The position numbers and the translations under genes are program-made. Of a stretch of DNA of 32,000 nt, positions 1 to 6,320 are shown piece by piece. The notes under the pieces were generated by a model, which was not told where the DNA came from, ran no database searches, and saw only the letters and a program-made list of their open reading frames with translations. This DNA comes from Candidatus Lokiarchaeum ossiferum (GTDB taxonomy: Archaea; Asgardarchaeota; Lokiarchaeia; Sigyniarchaeales; Promethearchaeaceae). The DNA lies in NCBI GenBank assembly GCA_025839675.1, contig CP104013.1, forward strand, positions 2,010,001 to 2,042,000. The letters are read 5' to 3'. The first letter of the stretch is position 1. Each line of letters begins with the position of its first letter.

Positions 1-728
1 TGGGCATCTTTTAAATATTTGAGAGCTACATCCAGATTCCCAAGCAGTTTATGAATCCATGCGATATTATTTAATATTTTTGCAAGAGCTTTCTGATTAT
101 TTGTTTCAGTATAGATGGTCAATGCTTCTTCAAGGTAGATTAACCCACTTGATAGGTCGCCTTGTTCACAATAAACAACACCAATTTTTCCGAGGGATTC
201 AGCAATTGAATTTTGATCTCCATAAACTTCTCGAATTTGAAGTGATTTCTGCACATTTAATAAAGCCTTATCCAATTCTCCTTGAAACCAAAAAATATCA
301 CTGTGAATGGAACAAATATCTGCAAAAAATAATTTATATTGCTTTTTGTTAAGTGCCGAAGTTTTAATCAATACTTCTAGCTCATCTAAGAAGCTTCGAG
401 ATTCAGATAGTTTTCCCAAGCATTTTAATGATCTTGCATGAATACATCCAAATTGAACTTTTTCAACTAATTCAGATGAATTTGATAAATTTTGAAATCC
501 ATCATAAGAGTACTTCAAAGCAAGATTATAATCATCTAACTCGTATAACGTTTGGCAATGTAGAAGCTTGTATTGATTTCTTTCTTGAAATGATAGTGTT
601 GAATTATTAGATAACGTTAAGATTAAATCCAAGGCCTCTAAATTAGATCCATCTTGGATAAGAGAATCAATTTTTTTGATCTGATTTAAAGCCATATCAC
701 GTACTCTGCTTAATGTATTTTTTCCCAT
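1..728 (-). CDS. TPR-repeat protein, N-terminal part (C-terminus lies beyond the left edge)
   Basis: This ORF is absent from the ORF track because it runs off the edge. I translated the minus strand from the ATG at 728-726 (MGKNTLSRVRDMALNQIKK...) and checked every in-frame triplet down to base 3; there is no stop. It contains repeated TPR-like helical units (AESLGKIGVVYCEQGDLSSGLIYLEEALTIY, ALAKILNNIAWIHKLLGNLDVALKYLKDA). The + strand ORFs 59..352 and 428..610 are antisense shadows of it. Confidence 0.75.
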   Translation of the reverse strand, partial: MGKNTLSRVRDMALNQIKKIDSLIQDGSNLEALDLILTLSNNSTLSFQERNQYKLLHCQTLYELDDYNLALKYSYDGFQNLSNSSELVEKVQFGCIHARSLKCLGKLSESRSFLDELEVLIKTSALNKKQYKLFFADICSIHSDIFWFQGELDKALLNVQKSLQIREVYGDQNSIAESLGKIGVVYCEQGDLSSGLIYLEEALTIYTETNNQKALAKILNNIAWIHKLLGNLDVALKYLKDA

Positions 729-837
729 CTAAATAAATGTATTTCTTTGCAGAAACGGAAGCAACCCAACAATATTGGTGAAGAAAGAGATAAATTGTGG
801 AAAAAAAATGTATTTTTTGCCAAGAAAATAGAAAAAA

Positions 838-1161
838 TTATTTAACTTGAAGATGAAATGCATCATCAAGGGGATTTTTTACTTTCCCTGAAATATATAA
901 GAGCCCATTTTCATACTTTCCACTTACCGAATCTATATCAATTTCCCATGGAAAATGTCCATGAAGCGAATATTGCGCTTGATCTCGGATGGCTTCCAAA
1001 TCAAATAGAGTTGGGAGAACTCGAAATTTCACCTTTGATTTATCCACACCGGGAAGATGAACTTCAAGATTCCATTCTTTCTTTACATTTTCGTAATTAA
1101 AATGGCTAGTGGGGGTAATTTGATATTTAATTTCTGGCTTATCAGTTGATTTTTCACTCAT
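838..1161 (-). CDS. small heat-shock protein, Hsp20/alpha-crystallin domain (107 aa), paralog A
   Basis: It carries the sHSP hallmarks LPGVDKSKV and YENGLLYISGKV and a C-terminal L-Q-V (I-x-I-like) tail. The start is ATG, with GGAGG 7 nt upstream. The gap to the upstream paralog is 11 nt. Confidence 0.8.
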   Translation of the reverse strand: MSEKSTDKPEIKYQITPTSHFNYENVKKEWNLEVHLPGVDKSKVKFRVLPTLFDLEAIRDQAQYSLHGHFPWEIDIDSVSGKYENGLLYISGKVKNPLDDAFHLQVK

Positions 1162-1172
1162 CGTTATTCCTC

Positions 1173-1532
1173 CTAAAAATTAATTTCTTTTGCTCCATCA
1201 AAAGGGTCAGGAATTTTGGCCCATATGGTTAATAATCCATTCTCATATTTTGCAGTGGTTTTTTCGGGAATAATTTTCTTTCCAAAATTTTGGTTAGCAC
1301 TGTACATAAGCTGTCCTCTCTTAGCATTAAGATGGAACCAGTTTGGTAAGGATTTAAGGCTTATATCTTCTTTTTTGACTCCAGGTAAACTTACTTCAAA
1401 AGTAATTTCCCGTTTATCATAATTTATATTTCTACGCATGTCTGGATAGACTTTGTATAATGTTTCTTGTTCTTCTTTTTTGGATTCTGATTCAGTTAAA
1501 TTTTCTTTTATATCACGTTGTACGATTGCCAT
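1173..1532 (-). CDS. small heat-shock protein, Hsp20/alpha-crystallin domain (119 aa), paralog B
   Basis: It contains LPGVKKEDISLK, FHLNAKRGQLMY and YENGLLTIWAKIPDP. It sits between paralogs A and C on the same strand. Confidence 0.8.
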   Translation of the reverse strand: MAIVQRDIKENLTESESKKEEQETLYKVYPDMRRNINYDKREITFEVSLPGVKKEDISLKSLPNWFHLNAKRGQLMYSANQNFGKKIIPEKTTAKYENGLLTIWAKIPDPFDGAKEINF

Positions 1533-1563
1533 TTTTTTTCATCTCCAATAATTTAAAAAATTA

Positions 1564-1905
1564 TTATTCAATTTTTACCTCATAAGCATGTTCTAAAGGA
1601 TTGTATCGTTTCAATTCGATTTTCAATAACCCTTCTTCATATTCAGCTTTACTCACTTCTGGCTCTACTTTGATCATTTCAAGATCCAGAGTGTACATGA
1701 CTTCCCCTCGAGGTGCTCGTAGTGTAAAATAATTAGGTAGGACTTTCATTTCAATATCGGCTTTTTTGACACCTGGAAGTGCGACTTGCACAGTAATTTT
1801 ATCATCTTTACTCCACACTCCATAGCGAGGAGTCACTTTGTATTTAGGTTCAATTTTATGTTCGGCCATATCAGTACTTTCATTTTTTGTTTCAGTAATT
1901 GACAT
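1564..1905 (-). CDS. small heat-shock protein, Hsp20/alpha-crystallin domain (113 aa), paralog C, first gene of the trio
   Basis: It contains LPGVKKADIEMK, FTLRAPRGEVMY and YEEGLLKIELKR, with a C-terminal V-K-I motif. The start is ATG at 1905-1903. Confidence 0.8.
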   Translation of the reverse strand: MSITETKNESTDMAEHKIEPKYKVTPRYGVWSKDDKITVQVALPGVKKADIEMKVLPNYFTLRAPRGEVMYTLDLEMIKVEPEVSKAEYEEGLLKIELKRYNPLEHAYEVKIE

Positions 1906-1925
1906 CTTTTTTTTCTCCGTTGTTA

Positions 1926-1942
1926 GACAACTATTTGTTGTC
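1926..1942. promoter_or_regulatory. inverted repeat GACAAC-N5-GTTGTC between an A/T-rich TATA-like stretch (about 1944-1975) and the start of the hsp20 operon; candidate operator
   Basis: I read it directly: gacaac(1926-1931) tattt gttgtc(1937-1942). A third GACAAC copy lies at 2003-2008 in the same intergenic region. The arms are short, so its significance rests on its position only. Confidence 0.3.
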
Positions 1943-2079
1943 GTAATATAATAATATATAATAAATATGACTATTTAAAGGTTTTGAAAAATTTCATCTT
2001 ATGACAACAAAAAGTTAATTTATTGTTAATATTACTAAACTAAAAAAAAATTTATTGGTTAAAAACACTTCATAAATTC

Positions 2080-2352
2080 ATGGGATTTTATACAACCTCG
2101 ATAAGTGGTAAACTTATTTCACAGCAACAAGGATCAGGAACATTATCCGAGGGACCGGAATATTATTTAATTCCCTCTGGAAAATATGCCCATTGGAAAA
2201 AAATCTTAATTCGAAAAAAAACACATCTCTGGCAAGAAGATCCAATTTTGCATCCATTTGTAAATCGCCAAATAAAAATAAAAGCAGACATTACTGAAAC
2301 TAAGGATACGATAACAATTGATTATATTTCAGTGATTTTGTTAGAAAATTAA
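2080..2352 (+). CDS. hypothetical small protein (90 aa)
   Basis: It is an ATG-initiated ORF in an otherwise empty region, divergent from the hsp20 operon. I recognise no motif. Confidence 0.4.
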   Translation: MGFYTTSISGKLISQQQGSGTLSEGPEYYLIPSGKYAHWKKILIRKKTHLWQEDPILHPFVNRQIKIKADITETKDTITIDYISVILLEN

Positions 2353-2422
2353 GACTAATAATATCTATTCGAGGTCACTTCCATACAAAAAACCTTAATT
2401 ACTTTCAATTACACCCACATTT

Positions 2423-2902
2423 ATGCTTAGTAACGAAGAAAAGTCAGCTCTTTACAAAGTGATAATAGAAAAGATAACAAAAACACTTCAAAACCTAACA
2501 ACGAAACAGGAAAAATTTGATATAGTAATTAAAGAATTAAGTAACCTCCCCCATTTTCAATGGACAGGGATTTATGAATACGATGAACCAAAAGCAATGC
2601 TTACACTTTACCCGGTTTACATTGGACTTCCAACAGATCATATTAAAATCCAGAAAGGTCAAGGTGTATGCGGAACAGCGGTTGAAACCGGTGAAGATAT
2701 CATCGTTAAAGATGTTACCAAATTAGATAACTATCTGGCATGTTCCACTCAAACTAAATCGGAAATTGTGGTATTACTAAAGGACAAGCAAAAAATTTTG
2801 GGGCAGATAGATGTGGATTCGGATGTTGCAGGAGCATTTTCTGAGATAGATCGTCAATACCTTAATCAAATTGCTGATCTGTTAGTTCGTAACCTAAACT
2901 AA
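2423..2902 (+). CDS. msrC: GAF-domain free methionine-(R)-sulfoxide reductase (fRMsr / YebR-MsrC family)
   Basis: It is a single GAF domain of 159 aa with the family signature GQGVCGTAVETGEDIIVKDV...YLACSTQTKSEIVVLL...GQIDVDS. The Cys-containing motifs are spaced as in E. coli YebR and yeast fRMsr, as I recall them. Confidence 0.7.
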   Translation: MLSNEEKSALYKVIIEKITKTLQNLTTKQEKFDIVIKELSNLPHFQWTGIYEYDEPKAMLTLYPVYIGLPTDHIKIQKGQGVCGTAVETGEDIIVKDVTKLDNYLACSTQTKSEIVVLLKDKQKILGQIDVDSDVAGAFSEIDRQYLNQIADLLVRNLN

Positions 2903-3162
2903 CAGATTTGAAAGTTATTCATTTGTGAAATTTTCTAAAAAAAAAAGGAATGAAATCCAGCATCACAATCAGCAAAAACCCTACATAAGCCTAATATTAA
3001 ATGTCTTTAATGTTGAAAATTTATCGGATATTTTATAACGAGACCATTTTTTCTCTATATATTTAGAGTCCTTTGTGAGAATTTCTACAATATGGAAATA
3101 ATTCTACTTATTTTTATCAATTTAGATTAATAGTGAAGATACAAAAAAATAAATAGGGCACG

Positions 3163-3795
3163 TTAGATGAATCCTAATGGAATAAAAATCGCTAAAAGTA
3201 TGATATTCAACCCCCATATCGAACTCAAGACAATTTTCTGAGTTTTTGGCTCCCAATAATAGGCGTACGTGGCTCCCAAAAAGAAGGGGATGTAAACAAA
3301 CAAAAAGACCGTGAGAGCCCCCCACCATGGATAAACCCAAACAAACGCGGGAGTAGTCACCAGGAATATTTCAATAATAGATGCTAAAGCCGCATTGAAA
3401 ACACCATAAAAGATTCGGACATTAACCCCCAACACTTTTTCCGTTTTATCTTCTGGTAATAAACGAGTTGTAGCAAGCCCCGCAATTGAAAACATCAAAC
3501 TCAGCTCAATACCAACCCCAACCAAAATTAAGTATGCAGTCCCGGTGGGAACAGTCCACAATGCATGGTCAGACCAATGTTGAATCAGGGCATTCACAAT
3601 TTCTACAAACCAATGAATTCCATATAGCATCATTCCCCCTGCAATACCCTTCCAATTTTTCTTGCCCATTTCCGTAAAGTAAATAAACATTACAATTACT
3701 AACAATGGAATAACATACCATTGAAAATACGAAGGATCACGTAAAATAGCGAGAGCCTGTGCTGTCGCTTCTGGTTTATTTAGTTCAAAAATCAT
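3163..3795 (-). CDS. polytopic integral membrane protein, unknown function
   Basis: It has about 6 hydrophobic segments (e.g. WYVIPLLVIVMFIYF, AYLILVGVGIELSLMFSIAGL, ALTVFLFVYIPFFLGATYAYY). The track start at 3807 is GTG; the ATG at 3795 (MIFELNK) is the more likely start. Confidence 0.6.
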   Translation of the reverse strand: MIFELNKPEATAQALAILRDPSYFQWYVIPLLVIVMFIYFTEMGKKNWKGIAGGMMLYGIHWFVEIVNALIQHWSDHALWTVPTGTAYLILVGVGIELSLMFSIAGLATTRLLPEDKTEKVLGVNVRIFYGVFNAALASIIEIFLVTTPAFVWVYPWWGALTVFLFVYIPFFLGATYAYYWEPKTQKIVLSSIWGLNIILLAIFIPLGFI

Positions 3796-3997
3796 TTTGC
3801 AAATCACATCAAGCTATTAATTTATGCTTTTCCTTTATCCATTTAAAAATTTACTTCCATTTATTTAGAGGTAAAAAAAAAAGCAAAAAAAAAGGCACAT
3901 TTTCCTCATTTTTTATGGAAAATTCTGTACTTTAAATAGAGAATTTTATCAGTCAATAACTATTTTAAGGAATAAGTTCACTAGTTATTTGAAAATA

Positions 3998-4546
3998 ATG
4001 GGAAACAAATCAATTTACATAAAAGTCACTTCAAATATACCTCTATTTACGAAAATAGTGAAGTACATTGATTTATTTAACCATCACTTAAGCGAGCAAA
4101 TCCAAGGAGGATTCTATTTAGAAGTAGTTGAAGGAGGATTAATCTACATCTATGATGGGATTACGGCTTTCAAAAAAATTAACCGCCAATTTTCTCCCCA
4201 ACTAATAAAATCCTTTTTAGAAACACATGATCCAATTTTACCTCCAGAAGCGCTTCTAAATGGAGTTTTGGATCGAGCTAATTTCCCAAAAGATGGGGTC
4301 ATTGTAAATTTTATTGCTCAAACTGAACCAAAAGACCAATATTTATTTCTCAAAGAAGCTCACTTTAGAAGTTATTTAACTACAGGTGTTTCTATTGACA
4401 CTAAATCTCCAGATGATTTAATTCTTACTTTCCATACCTATGAAGCCCTTTTAAACTACAGTAAATTCTTAGTAGCACTTATCAGTGGATTATTACCATA
4501 TCAAAAAATATTCACTGATCAAAAGCAAAATGTTCATGAAATTTAG
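3998..4546 (+). CDS. hypothetical protein (about 182 aa)
   Basis: It is a long ORF with coding-like composition. The track start at 3989 is TTG, and the first ATG is at 3998. I recognise no motif. Confidence 0.5.
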   Translation: MGNKSIYIKVTSNIPLFTKIVKYIDLFNHHLSEQIQGGFYLEVVEGGLIYIYDGITAFKKINRQFSPQLIKSFLETHDPILPPEALLNGVLDRANFPKDGVIVNFIAQTEPKDQYLFLKEAHFRSYLTTGVSIDTKSPDDLILTFHTYEALLNYSKFLVALISGLLPYQKIFTDQKQNVHEI

Positions 4547-4620
4547 ATTCTTTTTTCAAATATTCGAGAATGGAAATTTTATTCGAACGTTTTAAATTTA
4601 AGTTTTGATAGTATAATACC

Positions 4621-5562
4621 ATGTCAAAAGCAATTGAATTTGATTCCCCGTATTTTACAATCCATAAATTGCATGAGGGAATCTATGCGACTTTAGGTCT
4701 TAAAGACGATTCATATGAATCTAACGCTGGATTTTTTGATTTAGGCAATCATGTTATTGTATTTGATACTTTTCTCAACTACTCTGCCGCTAAAGATTTA
4801 AAAAGAGCTGCGGAAGAAATTACGGGAAAACAAGTTTCCATGGTGATCAACTCCCATTACCATACAGACCATGTTATTGGAAATAATTTATTTGACCAAT
4901 CCGTACCCTTGATTAGTACTCAAGCGACTTATGATATTACAAAAGAGCAAGCAATGAAAAGTGTGCGGGAAATTAAAGCTTTGGATCAAAAAGAAGTAGA
5001 TGATTTGGAAGCCCAACTGGAAACAGAAACAGATGAAACCAAACGGAAAAATATTAAAAATGAATTGAATTTTATCACCCGAATGCGTAATCCAGAATTT
5101 GAAGTAAGACTCCCAGATACGATTATAAAAAAAGAATTAATAATTTATGGAACAAAGCGCACCGTTCATCTCACCAATGTAGGTGAAGCTCATACCGATG
5201 GTGACTTAGTTGCATATTTTCCAAAGGAAAAAATCTGTTTTATGGGTGATCTCCTCTTCTCAGACTGTTTTGCTTGGATCGGATCTGGAAAACCTGAGTT
5301 ACTCAATGAAGTTTTGAAAACCTATATGGATAAAGATATTGACATTTACGTATCTGGACACGGTCCTTTATCAACCAAAGATGATTTAACTATCCAAGTA
5401 GACTATGTCACTGAGTTAATTGAAATTATCAAAAAACGCATTGAAACAAAAACAGAAGATACCCCAATATCCAAGTCGGAATTTAAAACAAAAATTCAAA
5501 ATTGGGATGGAGTATGCTATGAATGGAATATTAATTTTCTCAAAGAATACCTCAAACAATAA
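4621..5562 (+). CDS. metallo-beta-lactamase-fold hydrolase (paralog 1)
   Basis: It has the canonical MBL motifs in order: NSHYHTDHVIGN (HxHxDH), GEAHTDGD, FMGDLLF and VSGHGP. A highly charged insert of about 60 aa lies between motif 2 and the next His motif. Confidence 0.8.
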   Translation: MSKAIEFDSPYFTIHKLHEGIYATLGLKDDSYESNAGFFDLGNHVIVFDTFLNYSAAKDLKRAAEEITGKQVSMVINSHYHTDHVIGNNLFDQSVPLISTQATYDITKEQAMKSVREIKALDQKEVDDLEAQLETETDETKRKNIKNELNFITRMRNPEFEVRLPDTIIKKELIIYGTKRTVHLTNVGEAHTDGDLVAYFPKEKICFMGDLLFSDCFAWIGSGKPELLNEVLKTYMDKDIDIYVSGHGPLSTKDDLTIQVDYVTELIEIIKKRIETKTEDTPISKSEFKTKIQNWDGVCYEWNINFLKEYLKQ

Positions 5563-5637
5563 GCATTTACATCCTTTATCTGCCATATTAAGCAGATAAG
5601 GTAAGAGTTTATTTCTCCTTTTTTCCAATTTCTTACC

Positions 5638-6294
5638 ATGGTAATTGTTATTGAACCGTATTTTGAACGGCTTCAAATCACAGAATCTGACTGGGATAAG
5701 GAGGTTATTTTCCAAAGAATTGAATTAGCAGCACGAACATGTTATAAATCGGAAGATCTGATTCAACTTGGATCGGGTGAACGGTTAGTTCGAGGTTTAG
5801 TGTCACGAGGGCACTGGGCAATGATTGAATTTGGAGGAATGTTCACGGTGCGTTTTTTCTGTGATAGAGGTTTTTCCCATGAAATTGTTCGACATCGAAT
5901 GTGCAGTTTTGCACAGGAAAGCACACGATATTGTGATTATACGAAAGGAAAATTTGGAAAAGAAATTACAGTAATCGCTCCACCAGGTCACCTAAAACAC
6001 AGTCAAGCCTACCAAGATTGGTTGGACGGCATGAAACGAGCAGAAACTGCATATATTGCACTTCGTGACCAAAAATTCAAACCACAAATCGCCCGAGCAA
6101 ATCTCCCGATTAGTATTAAAACAGAAATATGTGTGGCAACTAACTTACGTGAATGGTTCCACATTTTTGAATTACGTTGTGCGCCAACAGCTCACCCTTC
6201 CATGCGTCAGTTAATGATCCCTCTTTTAGATGAATTTCATGAGGTTATTCCTTTTATCTTTGATACTCTCTGGGAAAAATATTGTAAAAAATAG
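5638..6294 (+). CDS. thyX: flavin-dependent thymidylate synthase ThyX
   Basis: The ThyX signature RHRxxSxxxxSxRY is present as VRHRMCSFAQESTRYC. The size of 218 aa is typical. Confidence 0.9.
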   Translation: MVIVIEPYFERLQITESDWDKEVIFQRIELAARTCYKSEDLIQLGSGERLVRGLVSRGHWAMIEFGGMFTVRFFCDRGFSHEIVRHRMCSFAQESTRYCDYTKGKFGKEITVIAPPGHLKHSQAYQDWLDGMKRAETAYIALRDQKFKPQIARANLPISIKTEICVATNLREWFHIFELRCAPTAHPSMRQLMIPLLDEFHEVIPFIFDTLWEKYCKK

Positions 6295-6320
6295 ACAAAT
6301 AAAAGTAAAAAAGGGCGAAT

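Noticed and set aside
59-610. + strand ORFs 59..352 (97 aa) and 428..610 (60 aa)
   Set aside because: Both lie antisense to a continuous, stop-free, TPR-encoding minus-strand frame (1..728). Their own sequences are low-complexity with no motifs.
858-1422. + strand ORFs 858..1100 and 1216..1422
   Set aside because: They are antisense shadows of the Hsp20 genes, which carry clear family motifs.
2080-2352. Idea that the divergent 90-aa ORF is the regulator of the hsp20 operon
   Set aside because: I cannot see a helix-turn-helix or other DNA-binding pattern in it. I kept it only as a hypothetical protein.
3122-3677. ORFs 3122..3340 (-) and 3486..3677 (+)
   Set aside because: They overlap the 3163..3795 membrane-protein gene in other frames or on the other strand, and they have no features of their own.
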